The translations under genes and the position numbers were made by a program. Positions 10,664 to 21,031 of a stretch of DNA of 64,000 bases are shown here, one piece after another. Each line of letters starts with the position of its first letter. Position 1 is the first letter of the stretch. This DNA comes from an uncultured Methanosarcinales archaeon (GTDB lineage Archaea; Halobacteriota; Methanosarcinia; Methanosarcinales; Methanosarcinaceae): positions 9,806 to 73,805 of the forward strand of contig CAYUQC010000001.1 in the NCBI GenBank assembly GCA_964446755.1, written 5' to 3'. A model generated the notes under the pieces. The model ran no database searches, had not been told where the DNA came from, and worked only from the letters and a program-made list of their open reading frames with translations.

Positions 10664-12298
10664 ATGTATGTGATAGCACTTGACCTAGGAACAAGCGGCT
10701 TTCGAGCGCAGCTGATTGATCAAAAAACGAATGAAACACTGAAAACCGTGATTACAATGGGACATCCGCTGCCCGGCGGCAATGTAATCGACCATTTGGA
10801 ATTCGCGATTGTCACCGGTGAAGACGTTGCTAATGAAGTGATGCTTCAGACGGTGAAAAGAATTCTGGATGCTTTTGACGTTGATTTAAAAGACATCAAT
10901 TACATTTCAATTTGCGGAAACCCGATTCAGCTGTCTTTGTTCCAGAACATTGAAATCCGCGATTTGGCTTATGCCGGCGAAACAAAGCAAAAGAAACTGG
11001 GCGTTGAAAATGTTCAGCGGGATGCGCGTATTTTCCCGGCGAACGAATTGTTTAAAGACGTGATCGATCTGCCGAACTGCCAAATCATCGTTCCCCCCGC
11101 AATCAAACACGAGATCGGCGCCGACGCTTTGGCAATGATGACGGAAACCGATTTCATCAATCAAACAAAACCGTGCTTAGTCACGGATTACGGAACTAAC
11201 GCGGAAATGGCCATCAAAGTCGGCGACAAAATTATTACCGCAAGCGCCGCTGCCGGCCCATCCATTGAAGGACAGGGCATTCCGTGCGGTATGCTGGCTG
11301 CCCCCGGCGCTATCAGCGACGTCAATCTTGAAGGAGACTACTGGCGTTTAACCGTTCTGGACGAGATGATGCAGTCCGGAAAAGGTGATTTGGTTAATCC
11401 GGTCACCGGCGAAATTATTGAAAAAGGCGATCTTGAAGCCGTCGGCATTACCGGAACAGGTGTAATCTCCTGTATGTCCATCATGCTGAAAAGCAAATTA
11501 ATGACGAAGATTCCGAAACTTCCGAACGGCAGAGTCATTCTGGGCGACGGCATTGAAATTACGGAGAAAGATGTTGTCGAAATCGGAAAAGCCATCGGCG
11601 CCATCCGCGCGGCCCAGCTGACATTGATGGAAGCGGCGGGTTTGGACTACAACCAGCTTGAATATGCGTACATTTCAGGGGCAACCGGTACATATGTGGA
11701 CGGCAAAAAAGCGGCTTATCTCGGTTCGGTGCCGAGTTATGCGAAAAATATTATCCAGTTCGGCAACACGTCCATCGGACTGGCCCGAAAACTGGCGATT
11801 CATCCAGAGAAACTGGAAGAAGTCCGCGAAATGGCCAAAAAGATTCAGGCCGACCATTTGATGATGGCCACATCCCAGACGTTCAAAGACATCTATGTCT
11901 GTGAACTGTCTTACTGGGAACAGGGAATGCCGATGGAAATGTATGACGAGATGCTGAGAATGTTTAAACTCAGACCGTTCCCGCATGACAATCCGGAACC
12001 GAATGTGGAGCGCCGTGTTGTCCGCGACATTGACGATGTCGGTGAAGAAGGCGTCAAAATGGTCGAACATATCGGCGTCTTTTTGGAAGCACCGGCATAC
12101 GGCTGCATTTTCTGCCACAAATGCGAAAAATCCTGTCCGGAAAATGCAATTACGGTTCATAAAAGCGAGCCTGACAACTACATTGTCATCGACAGTCAAA
12201 AATGCCTCGGCTCCAGCTGTAAGCGCTGCATTACAAACTGCCCCACAAACGCGGTCAATCACTCTATTTTGAAAGTGGTTCACAAAGAAAAAGTTTAA
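10664..12298 (+). CDS. ramA: Methylamine corrinoid protein reductive activase
   Basis: ASKHA motifs DLGTSGFR and DYGTNAE; C-terminal 2x[4Fe-4S] (CIFCHKCEKSCP, CLGSSCKRCITNCP); divergent from mtbA. Confidence 0.9.
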   Translation: MYVIALDLGTSGFRAQLIDQKTNETLKTVITMGHPLPGGNVIDHLEFAIVTGEDVANEVMLQTVKRILDAFDVDLKDINYISICGNPIQLSLFQNIEIRDLAYAGETKQKKLGVENVQRDARIFPANELFKDVIDLPNCQIIVPPAIKHEIGADALAMMTETDFINQTKPCLVTDYGTNAEMAIKVGDKIITASAAAGPSIEGQGIPCGMLAAPGAISDVNLEGDYWRLTVLDEMMQSGKGDLVNPVTGEIIEKGDLEAVGITGTGVISCMSIMLKSKLMTKIPKLPNGRVILGDGIEITEKDVVEIGKAIGAIRAAQLTLMEAAGLDYNQLEYAYISGATGTYVDGKKAAYLGSVPSYAKNIIQFGNTSIGLARKLAIHPEKLEEVREMAKKIQADHLMMATSQTFKDIYVCELSYWEQGMPMEMYDEMLRMFKLRPFPHDNPEPNVERRVVRDIDDVGEEGVKMVEHIGVFLEAPAYGCIFCHKCEKSCPENAITVHKSEPDNYIVIDSQKCLGSSCKRCITNCPTNAVNHSILKVVHKEKV

Positions 12299-12318
12299 AG
12301 TTGAAATAAACAGCCGAA

Positions 12319-12350
12319 GAAACCGGACGAATCCGGTTTCACCTTTTTTT
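12319..12350 (+). terminator. Hairpin plus U-tract terminator of ramA
   Basis: GAAACCGGA-cgaa-TCCGGTTTC followed by a T-run. Confidence 0.6.
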
Positions 12351-12498
12351 CTTTGGACGGCACAAATCATTCAAATTTTAAAAAACGAATTTTTAAATAC
12401 TGAAATTTTATTTTAGTTGAGTGTTAGTACCCGTTATCGCGCCTTGAGAAATTAAGCGCATAAAATGCGGTTTTTTAATATTAAGAGGAAAAAGGTAA

Positions 12499-13374
12499 AT
12501 GTTTGTACCGACCACTTTCTTTGACGCAATCTATGATTATGAAGACGCCGAATATGTGATTTTCGGCGCACCGTTTGACAACACATCGTCTTTCCGGACC
12601 GGCAGCCGCTGGGCTCCCGACCGGATGAGAGAAGTGGCAATCAATTTTGAAACGTACAGCCCGAAATACGATTTGGACATGACCGACATTTTGGTTCATG
12701 ACGCCGGCAATTCATTCGTTTCCGTCAATATTGACGAAACGTTGGAATGGATTTACGAAGACGCCAAACAAATCGTCAGTGACGGCAAATTCCCGATCAT
12801 GCTTGGCGGCGAGCACTCACTGACATACGCGCCCGTAAAAGCGTGTTATGATGCCTGCGATGAAAAGGACGATTTCGCCGTTTTGGTTCTGGATGCGCAC
12901 TTTGATTTGAGAACGGACTTCCGCGGCCTCAAAAATAATCACGCCTGTGTTTCCCGCCATATTATTGACAACATTACCAAAAAATATGTTTCAATCGGCA
13001 TCCGCAGCGGTCCGCGTGAAGAATGGGAATACGCCAAAAACGAAGGCATCAAATTCTATTCCAATGATGATGTTTTTGAGATGGGAATCAAAGAAATCAT
13101 CAAAGAAACAAAGGAATACTTAAACAGCGACCACATCTATTTATCCTTAGATATGGATGCGATCGACCCTGCCTTCTGCCCCGGTCTCGGCACGCCCGAG
13201 CCTTTCGGCATGACCGACCGCGAAGTTCGGGAAGTTCTGCGCGCGTTTGCGCCGAAAACAATCGGCTTTGACGTTGTCGAAATTGCGCCCGAATATGATA
13301 ACGGGCAATCCGCGATTTTGGCGACGAAATTGATGCGGGAGTTTATCTTTGCGCGCGAGGCGTCGAAAAGCTGA
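12499..13374 (+). CDS. speB: Agmatinase (ureohydrolase family)
   Basis: GGEHS, DAHFD, SLDMDAIDP, PGLGTP motifs. Confidence 0.92.
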   Translation: MFVPTTFFDAIYDYEDAEYVIFGAPFDNTSSFRTGSRWAPDRMREVAINFETYSPKYDLDMTDILVHDAGNSFVSVNIDETLEWIYEDAKQIVSDGKFPIMLGGEHSLTYAPVKACYDACDEKDDFAVLVLDAHFDLRTDFRGLKNNHACVSRHIIDNITKKYVSIGIRSGPREEWEYAKNEGIKFYSNDDVFEMGIKEIIKETKEYLNSDHIYLSLDMDAIDPAFCPGLGTPEPFGMTDREVREVLRAFAPKTIGFDVVEIAPEYDNGQSAILATKLMREFIFAREASKS

Positions 13375-13509
13375 GCACAGCGAAACTTTTCGATGATAAG
13401 ATTTTAAAAAAATAATAAAAAAGACTTCAGGGAAAATGAGAAATCATTTTCCTGCGTTTTTTGTCAATCTGTCTCTGTGTAATGTAAAAATAACTTTGGC
13501 GAACAGGGT

Positions 13510-13653
13510 TTACCAAAGGTGGTGCTTCTTTCTGCCTGCTTTCTTGTCCTTTTTACACGAGCCGTGGCATCCGCCTTCGCGGTGGTGCATATAAAGGGCA
13601 ATCAAAGCAATCGGAATTGTAATGATAAGCAAAAGCTCAATTAATTTTTTCAT
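13510..13653 (-). CDS. 47-aa single-TM protein with His/Cys/Lys-rich tail (not in ORF track)
   Basis: Hand-translated MKKLIELLLIITIPIALIALYMHHREGGCHGSCKKDKKAGRKKHHLW*; AGGTGA RBS at 13661-13666. Confidence 0.65.
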   Translation of the reverse strand: MKKLIELLLIITIPIALIALYMHHREGGCHGSCKKDKKAGRKKHHLW

Positions 13654-13773
13654 TTTTAATTCACCTTTTTTGGTTTATGTTTTTATGTTGATAACTCAAC
13701 ACTAAAGATATCTTCATAACTTCTATAAATAATATTTTATTAAAATATCTTCTGTTTTATAAAACCTGTTGAA

Positions 13774-14181
13774 TTAAATGAATTGAGCAGACTTAATCAT
13801 ATCCAAAAGCAAATCCAGATTCTTCTCGTTTTCCGGGCCGACCATAATCGTAATGGCCTGATCGTTCCTTTCGTTATAGATATCCGCTTCATATCCGGCT
13901 TTGCCGGGGCGGACACGGATAACGGTCTGCGGACGGAGTTTTTTGACCGGCAGAACCGGATAGGCTTTTTTCATTTCATTATCCACGGCTTCAAAATCCT
14001 GATACGGATCCTTCCGGCAGGTGATTTCCACATAAACCGATGTGTTTGTTGAAATGAACGTTTCGTCAACCAATTCAAATTCCGTGTTTTCGGGAATGCC
14101 GACCACCGCATTGCCTCCGTTGTTTCCCGTAAACTGTTTTGTTTTCAAACTTGTCCGATGGAGTAAATTTTTTAAACTCAT
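13774..14181 (-). CDS. Hypothetical protein
   Basis: 135 aa from ATG 14181 with GGGTGG RBS; fills an intergenic gap; no motif recognised. Confidence 0.6.
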   Translation of the reverse strand: MSLKNLLHRTSLKTKQFTGNNGGNAVVGIPENTEFELVDETFISTNTSVYVEITCRKDPYQDFEAVDNEMKKAYPVLPVKKLRPQTVIRVRPGKAGYEADIYNERNDQAITIMVGPENEKNLDLLLDMIKSAQFI

Positions 14182-14341
14182 TTTAACCACCCGTTTTAAG
14201 CAGCACAATTATTCAAACCAAATAATATACGCCACGAATAAAAATATGCTGCGCTAGTATATAATTATTTTCAAAAACGGGATGATGAAATCATAACCGA
14301 AAGACACAAGAAAGAGAATAAAAAAGAAAATGAACCGGAAT

Positions 14342-14614
14342 TTAAACTTCCGGCGGAATTGTTTCGAGCTTTCCGAGAATGCTCCAAATGTAAGTTCCGG
14401 TATGCATCGGAAGATTCGGATCATAGCTGACATCGGAAAGGGTTTTGAGTGCGGACGCGGCGCGCAGGAAAAGTTCCTGATTTTCATCTTTCAGAACCTC
14501 AATAATTTCTGTCACGGAACGTCTGATATTTCTCGGAACGGATGTGTCGTTTGCGATCATATCCAATTCCGCAATACATTGATCAATGGTTTTTTGGTAT
14601 TCATCGGCTGCCAT
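14342..14614 (-). CDS. UPF0147 family protein
   Basis: DTSVPRNIRR and DPNLPMH...IWSILGKLE; AGGTGA RBS. Confidence 0.85.
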   Translation of the reverse strand: MAADEYQKTIDQCIAELDMIANDTSVPRNIRRSVTEIIEVLKDENQELFLRAASALKTLSDVSYDPNLPMHTGTYIWSILGKLETIPPEV

Positions 14615-15013
14615 AATATCACCTGAACAGAGTCGAATCAAAAACCTGCCGTTATCCCGTCGACAGATTCTAAAAACACGCAAGAGGGTTAACCAAAAAA
14701 GGCAAAACAAACTCACCGTCGGCCTTTTCAAATCAAAGCATGATTGTTTTTGAAATTCCGATTCGGACTCTTTGATAAATAAATTTGACTTAATAAGTTA
14801 AATTAAAGTTATAGATTATTACTTTTCTGCATAGTTGTCTTTTGGACTTAATTGAGTAGAGAGAACTCTCATTTAAATTTAACCTTTGATTAAATCTGCC
14901 GTGACAAAAAAACAGCACCGGTTAGATAAAACGGTAAAAACTGAAACTGTGAGAAAGATTAATTACAGGAAAAATCCAATTCTATTCAAATTAATACATA
15001 TTCAGGTGAAAAA

Positions 15014-15481
15014 ATGGATTCAGACGATAACGTAAAAAAGATAGCCCGTTTCCTTGAAAACGGCGGCACGATGCTTGCCAACCACTGCGACAACTGCGGT
15101 GCGCCTTTATTCAGGTTCAAAGGAGAAATCATTTGCCCGCTTTGCAGCGGCGTTGAAACGAATGAAACCCCTGCACCGATTTCAAAAGATGCCGCACCCG
15201 TTTTCTGTTCCCCCGGCGTTCCCGCTAAAAAAGCAGACGCCCCGCAGAAATACAAAAAAGAAAGCAAAAAACAAACGGCATCCGGAACACCTTTGGAAGA
15301 GATCCGAAACTACACGATTGAGCCGACGGTTTATTCCGTCGAAGAGGAACAGCTCCGCGACTTGATCCTTCTTAAACTCACGGCGGTTGCCGAAGACATG
15401 CAGAATGAAAATGACCCGCGCCGTGTTTTTGAATATTTGGAAATCATCGAAAAAGGTTTGGATTTAATCGAACGGCTTTAA
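15014..15481 (+). CDS. UPF0148 / autoantigen-p27-like zinc-ribbon protein
   Basis: LENGGTMLANHCDNCGAPLF...ICPLC. Confidence 0.85.
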   Translation: MDSDDNVKKIARFLENGGTMLANHCDNCGAPLFRFKGEIICPLCSGVETNETPAPISKDAAPVFCSPGVPAKKADAPQKYKKESKKQTASGTPLEEIRNYTIEPTVYSVEEEQLRDLILLKLTAVAEDMQNENDPRRVFEYLEIIEKGLDLIERL

Positions 15482-15529
15482 TCAGCCGTTCCTTTTTTCA
15501 TATTTTTTAAAAAGAGAGGAGAGTCATCA

Positions 15530-16354
15530 ATGATCGAACTGCCCGAATGCGTCGTCCTCGCCGGCCAAATGAATAATATCCTGACCGGAAAAACTGTTTC
15601 ATCCGTCACCGCCGGAAAATCACCTCACAAATTCGCATTCTTTCACGGCGATCCGGAAAACTACACGCCTTTGCTGCGCGGAAAAACAATTCAAAAAGCC
15701 TCCCCGATTGCCGGATATATTGAAATTTCGCTCGGTGATGAAAGATTACTTCTCGGCGAAGGAGTGAATATCAGATACTTAACGGAAAAAGACCGAGTTC
15801 CGGAAAAACATCAGCTTTTTGTCCGATTTGATGACAAAACCGCCTTGGTCTGTACTGTTCAGATGTACGGCGGCATGTGGGCATATAAAAAAGGTGAAAA
15901 TGATAATCCGTATTATACCGCCGCCGTCGAGAAACCTTCCCCGCTGTCCGATGAATTCGATGAGGAATACTTCAACGCATTGATTACCGGCAGTAAGCAG
16001 ACCCTGAATTTAAAAGCATTTTTGGCAACGGAACAAAGGATTCCGGGACTCGGAAACGGTGTTCTTCAGGATATCCTGTTCAACGCCAAACTGCATCCCA
16101 AACGTAAATTGAATTCTTTATCGGAAGATGAAAAAAAGAATTTATACGCCGCCGTTAAAAAAACACTTCAAAAGATGGCAGATGACGGCGGAAGAGATAC
16201 GGAAAAAGACATTTACGGAAATCCCGGAGGTTACGTGACGATTCTGTCAAATAAAACAGCCGGCCAACCCTGTAAAGTCTGCGGCGGAATAATTCTCAAA
16301 GAGACAATGATGGGCGGAACCGTCTATATTTGTCCGGGCTGTCAGAAATTATAA
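15530..16354 (+). CDS. Fpg/Nei-family DNA glycosylase-like protein
   Basis: MIELPE N-terminus, H2TH (IPGLGNG...DILF), C-terminal Zn finger CKVC...CPGCQ. Confidence 0.85.
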   Translation: MIELPECVVLAGQMNNILTGKTVSSVTAGKSPHKFAFFHGDPENYTPLLRGKTIQKASPIAGYIEISLGDERLLLGEGVNIRYLTEKDRVPEKHQLFVRFDDKTALVCTVQMYGGMWAYKKGENDNPYYTAAVEKPSPLSDEFDEEYFNALITGSKQTLNLKAFLATEQRIPGLGNGVLQDILFNAKLHPKRKLNSLSEDEKKNLYAAVKKTLQKMADDGGRDTEKDIYGNPGGYVTILSNKTAGQPCKVCGGIILKETMMGGTVYICPGCQKL

Positions 16355-16361
16355 AACAGTT

Positions 16362-18806
16362 TCATTTTTTATATTCCGCCTTCACAACTTCACGAATGCG
16401 CTGAGCGGTCACTTTTCCGATACCTTTGACACGGCACAGTTCTTCTTCGGACGCGTTAAAAACAGCGTTCAATGACCCGAATTCCTGAAGCAGAATCTGC
16501 GCGGCATGCGGACCGACACCTGAAATGGATGACAAAATGTATTCCTGCTGTTCGTAAGTTGTTCTGGCCGGTTTTTTACCGTGCGGATTCACTGTTTTTT
16601 TCTCATCGGCCTGCTCTTTTTTTGCCATCATTTTCAGCAGCAAAGCGGTTTCTTCTTCGCTTTTGGTATAAAAAATCGACACGTTCAGATCAATTTCAAT
16701 CGAAAGCAACGCGCCTCGGACGGAGTTCTCATGCATTTGCCCGGCTGCTAAATCCGCGTCGCCTTCAATGATTAAAACAGGCTTTTTGTAAGCGCGGGAA
16801 AGATCCACAAGCTGAGAAAATAAATTACGTTTACCGTCAATCAATGACGCGTTAAAGTCCGCAATCGTTTTGCGCTCCGCCGCCATGTCATCGCTGACGA
16901 CGTAATCGGCAACATCCAATCTCATCGTTTTAAGTTCTATGCCGTAAGCATCCAGACATTTCAGAACCCCGCTTTTGATTTCGCGCGTGTCCGCTAAAAT
17001 TTTCAGCCGCGGTTCGGGAGAGATTTCATCAACAGAACCGGAAATGAAATTTTCGGAAAAAACGTGAGAGCGGACAGGGAGTTCGGAAGAGACGGAATGA
17101 ACATCCTTCGAGGAAAAACCGGCTTTCGGTTCGGATTGAATGTTTTCTGCCGTTTCCGGTTTTTTATTTTCATACTTGCTTTTGAATTCTTTTTCAAAAT
17201 CCAAAAAGGTTTTTTGATTTTCATTTCCTTTGGATAAATCTTCGCCCTTGCTTCCGGAATATTCTTTTTGAAGGCTTTTCATTTCGGAAAGCATGCGTTT
17301 TTCTTTGTTCTGACTGCTCCACCGGTACGCTTCATCACGTGTTCCTTTGGTGATGAGCATGATGACACGGCCGGTTTGGAAGCGGCCGGTGCGGCCTTTT
17401 CGTTGAATGCTTCGAATTTCCGACGGCACCGGCTCGTAAAACAAAACCATATCCGTAGAGGGGATATCCAATCCTTCTTCGGCAACCGATGTGGCAATGA
17501 GAACATTATAAACGCCCGCACGAAACTGTTCAATGATTTCAGTTTGCTGTTTCTGTGTCAGCCCTTTGTCTTTGTTGCGCGACCCCTGACCGACGAACCG
17601 CACGGGGCGGATATCGGGGATTTCGGAAAGCGCTTCTTTGACGATATTGGCGGTTTCCCTGAAATTCGTAAAAACAATGATTTTAGAATCGGGAAATTTT
17701 AAAAGCTGTTCGCTGACGATTCTTTGAACGGCATAAAATTTCGGATGTTCAACAGTGCATTTTTCCGTGAGGTGAAGCGCCTGACGGAAATAAAGATCCG
17801 CCGCCAGCCTTTTGACGGCTTTGCTCGCGCCGGAGGTTCCGGCTTCTTCGTCCATTTTTTTCAGGTAAGCCAAAAGCGCCTTTGTGCCCTGCGTTTCAAT
17901 CAGCTCGACCGCATGCTCGATCTTCATGATTTCCGCCATGACGGAAACGGCCTGATAGATACTCGGATCCGCGGCTTCATTTCGCATTTCCGCCGTTAAT
18001 TGAGATTGAAGTGCCAGCAGATCGCGTTTGGCTAAGAATTTTTTATCCAAAGGATAGCCGAACTCGGCCAGCTTGTCCAGCCTTTCATTCAGTATTTTTT
18101 TCAAAGCTTCCCGGATTTCGGCCAATTCTTTCGGGAGCTCAAGCGTCATCCATTCGATTTCTTTTTTATGAACGTACGGTTTGATATCGGCGTCTTCTTC
18201 TGTTTTCACAACAACATTTTCAATGGAAAGTGCGCTGCAGACTTCATCGATTTTTTCCTTTTCGCTGCCCGGACTTGCCGTGATGCCCAAAATAAGCGGA
18301 GAATCAGCCGTAGCGATGTATTTTTCGGCGATATAGGTATAAGCGTAATTACCGACGGAGCGGTGCGCTTCATCGAAAACGACACAGGAAACATCTTGGA
18401 GAGAGATCCTCGAATTGAGCAGATCATTTTCAATTACCTGCGGCGTGGCAATGATCATATCTGCGTCCTGCCACATTTCCCGCCGCTTTTCCGGAGAAAT
18501 GCTGCCTGTAAATGCTTTGACTTTGCCTTCCGGCAGTTTCATGACGCGGGAAAAAAAATCATAATGCTGCTCGACAAGCGGTTTTGTCGGCGAAAGAAGC
18601 AAAACCTTGCCGCCGGCTTTTTCCAGACGCATCACCATGACAAGCAGAGCGACAACTGTTTTCCCGAGAGAGGTCGGCAGAACAACAAGTGAGTTTTTCG
18701 TCGTGCATCCCGAAACGATGTTGAGCTGATACAGGCGCTGCTCGACAGCATTTTCCAAAATCAGCGGATGCTTGATGTATTGCTTGTTGACGGCTTCTTC
18801 CGGCAT
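16362..18806 (-). CDS. hef: Hef (FANCM-like) helicase with ERCC4 nuclease and HhH domains
   Basis: LPTSLGKT, DEAH, TASP, EEGLD, QRKGRTGR; nuclease ERKxxxD; tandem HhH. Confidence 0.93.
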   Translation of the reverse strand: MPEEAVNKQYIKHPLILENAVEQRLYQLNIVSGCTTKNSLVVLPTSLGKTVVALLVMVMRLEKAGGKVLLLSPTKPLVEQHYDFFSRVMKLPEGKVKAFTGSISPEKRREMWQDADMIIATPQVIENDLLNSRISLQDVSCVVFDEAHRSVGNYAYTYIAEKYIATADSPLILGITASPGSEKEKIDEVCSALSIENVVVKTEEDADIKPYVHKKEIEWMTLELPKELAEIREALKKILNERLDKLAEFGYPLDKKFLAKRDLLALQSQLTAEMRNEAADPSIYQAVSVMAEIMKIEHAVELIETQGTKALLAYLKKMDEEAGTSGASKAVKRLAADLYFRQALHLTEKCTVEHPKFYAVQRIVSEQLLKFPDSKIIVFTNFRETANIVKEALSEIPDIRPVRFVGQGSRNKDKGLTQKQQTEIIEQFRAGVYNVLIATSVAEEGLDIPSTDMVLFYEPVPSEIRSIQRKGRTGRFQTGRVIMLITKGTRDEAYRWSSQNKEKRMLSEMKSLQKEYSGSKGEDLSKGNENQKTFLDFEKEFKSKYENKKPETAENIQSEPKAGFSSKDVHSVSSELPVRSHVFSENFISGSVDEISPEPRLKILADTREIKSGVLKCLDAYGIELKTMRLDVADYVVSDDMAAERKTIADFNASLIDGKRNLFSQLVDLSRAYKKPVLIIEGDADLAAGQMHENSVRGALLSIEIDLNVSIFYTKSEEETALLLKMMAKKEQADEKKTVNPHGKKPARTTYEQQEYILSSISGVGPHAAQILLQEFGSLNAVFNASEEELCRVKGIGKVTAQRIREVVKAEYKK

Positions 18807-18978
18807 GATTGTCTCCGAACGGTTTTTTATTTTACAGTTCTATGACGCTTTTTCTTATAAATAATCAACCTGCAAAGTGAAACTATTGAATCGTATTAAA
18901 AAGGAGACGCGAATAACGCCTTGAAAAAACGCCCGCTGATGAAAGCAAGAAAAAGAGAAAAGGGGAAAAGAAATAAAA

Positions 18979-19416
18979 TTAATCTTCGACTTCAATCGTG
19001 TCGATTTTCTTGGGAAGGAAAACGGTCAAAACGCCGTTTGCCAATTTCGCCGTTGCTTTTTCTTCATCGATTTGAACGGGAATATTAACGGAACCTTCAT
19101 ATTTTCGGTAAAACCTTTCGCGACGGATGTAAATACCTTCTTCGATGTCCTTGAGACATTCTGCGCGTACTGTTAAAAGCCTGTCCTGAATTTCAAGCGT
19201 TACATCGTCTTTGGTGACACCGGGAAGATCGGCTTTTAAAACAATATCGTTCTTGCGTTCGATCAAATCCATCAGCGGTGTTTGTCTGAACTCGCCGAAA
19301 GCGTTTTCTTTTGTCTGCTTTCCGAATGATGTAATTTTGCTGAGAATTGATGATTTCTCAGTCTCTGACTCATATTCATCCTTTTCTTTGGATTGTTTTT
19401 TCTGGAACGGATTCAT
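18979..19416 (-). CDS. Small heat-shock protein (Hsp20)
   Basis: ADLPGV, RRER, AKLANGVLTVFLPK. Confidence 0.9.
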   Translation of the reverse strand: MNPFQKKQSKEKDEYESETEKSSILSKITSFGKQTKENAFGEFRQTPLMDLIERKNDIVLKADLPGVTKDDVTLEIQDRLLTVRAECLKDIEEGIYIRRERFYRKYEGSVNIPVQIDEEKATAKLANGVLTVFLPKKIDTIEVED

Positions 19417-19556
19417 TTCCCCTCATCCCTCCTGTACGGACGTTTTTTAGTATTGGAATAAAACAAAAAATAATAATTTTCTATATTATTTTGAGTTAAG
19501 AAGAGTTAGAAATATATTAACTTATTTAAAACAGCTTCAAATATACTCTTTTGATA

Positions 19557-20807
19557 TTACTCTTTTTCATATTCAATCATCAAAGACACCAAATCAGGAG
19601 CATACACTTCCCCGAGACTGCCGTTTTGAACAGATTCTTCATCGTAAACCAAAACGCTGTCGGCGTTTATTTCACGCGTGTCATACAAGAGGAAAGGAAT
19701 CGGATCACTCGTGTGCGTTTTTAAAGCAACGGGCGTCGGGTGGTCCGGCATGACAAGAATTTGGCACGGTTCATTCAGCGATTTGGCGTATTCCAAAAGG
19801 GGCGCCACTATTTTTGAATCAAGGTCAACAACGGCCTGCATTTTCTTTTGGTAATCACCGATATGGCCGCATTCGTCCGGCGCTTCAATGTGAACAAAAA
19901 CAAAATCTTTCGTTTTCAGTGCTTCGATTGCCGCATCTGCTTTCCCTTTGTAATTTGTATCCAGAAAGCCGGTTGCGCCTTCCACTTCAATCACGTCCAG
20001 ACCGGCACAGATGCCGATGCCCTTGAGAAGGTCCACCGCGGAAATGACAGCTCCCGTCTTATGATGAAGCTTTTCAAATAATTCAAATTTGGGGGCATTA
20101 CCCTGACCCCAAAGCCAAATGCAGTTGGCCGGAAGTTTTCCTTCAGCAATGCGTTTTTTGTTAACAGGGTGATCTTTGAGAATATGATAAGAAGCCGCCA
20201 TCATTTCCGAATATATGCGAACCGCTTCAACGTCCCCTTGGGGGAAATAATCCGAAGCTTTTTTGCCTGTAATATCATGCGGCGGCGTGAACAATAATTC
20301 TTTGCCGTAATTGTCCTGCGCCACAAGCAAATGACGGTAACTGATGCCGGGATAAAATTTGAACCGGCTGTTTCCGAGTTCTTGATCGACAGCTTTGATC
20401 AGTGCCTCGGCTTCCTCTGAAGAGATGTGTCCGCCGCTGTAATCGACGATGTACGCGTCCTTCAAAGCGGGCCCGTCCGCGCCAATCGTTCCGTCCGCGT
20501 TGCCGATTGTAATCAGATTGGTACGGAAAGCCAAATCATTCCCCCGAAGAGAAACACCCATGCTGAGCGCTTCCAGCGGAGAACGGCCTGTGTAATAAAC
20601 AGCGGGGTCGTAGCCGAAAATAGACATATTCGCCACATCACTGCCCGGAGAAAATCCCTCCGGAACAGTGACGGCAAGTCCTGTTCGGCCGTGTTCGGCC
20701 ATATAATCCATGTTGGGTTTGCCGGCGGCCTGTAAAATTGTTTTTCCGCCCAGTTCGGGAAGGGGGAGATCAGCCATGCCGTCTCCGATAATAACGATGT
20801 ATTTCAT
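19557..20807 (-). CDS. apgM: Cofactor-independent phosphoglycerate mutase (archaeal type)
   Basis: GDGMAD, PGSDVAN, DECGH, DHPTP. Confidence 0.9.
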   Translation of the reverse strand: MKYIVIIGDGMADLPLPELGGKTILQAAGKPNMDYMAEHGRTGLAVTVPEGFSPGSDVANMSIFGYDPAVYYTGRSPLEALSMGVSLRGNDLAFRTNLITIGNADGTIGADGPALKDAYIVDYSGGHISSEEAEALIKAVDQELGNSRFKFYPGISYRHLLVAQDNYGKELLFTPPHDITGKKASDYFPQGDVEAVRIYSEMMAASYHILKDHPVNKKRIAEGKLPANCIWLWGQGNAPKFELFEKLHHKTGAVISAVDLLKGIGICAGLDVIEVEGATGFLDTNYKGKADAAIEALKTKDFVFVHIEAPDECGHIGDYQKKMQAVVDLDSKIVAPLLEYAKSLNEPCQILVMPDHPTPVALKTHTSDPIPFLLYDTREINADSVLVYDEESVQNGSLGEVYAPDLVSLMIEYEKE

Positions 20808-21031
20808 GAAAAGAGTGATGCCTTATTGTTATTTGAATTCTGTGATTCTGAAACGGTAAAAAGAGTGAAAGTTTAAGCCGGTCCGTGTGTTAAGCGCAGT
20901 GAAAACTGTATTAAAATAATAAAACCGAACGGAATAGAATTTTTCTCCAGTAAGGTTATATATTTGAATGAATATTTATTAAAAATATAATAATACTATA
21001 AGCATATAAGAAGTAAAATAAGAGGGTTGAA

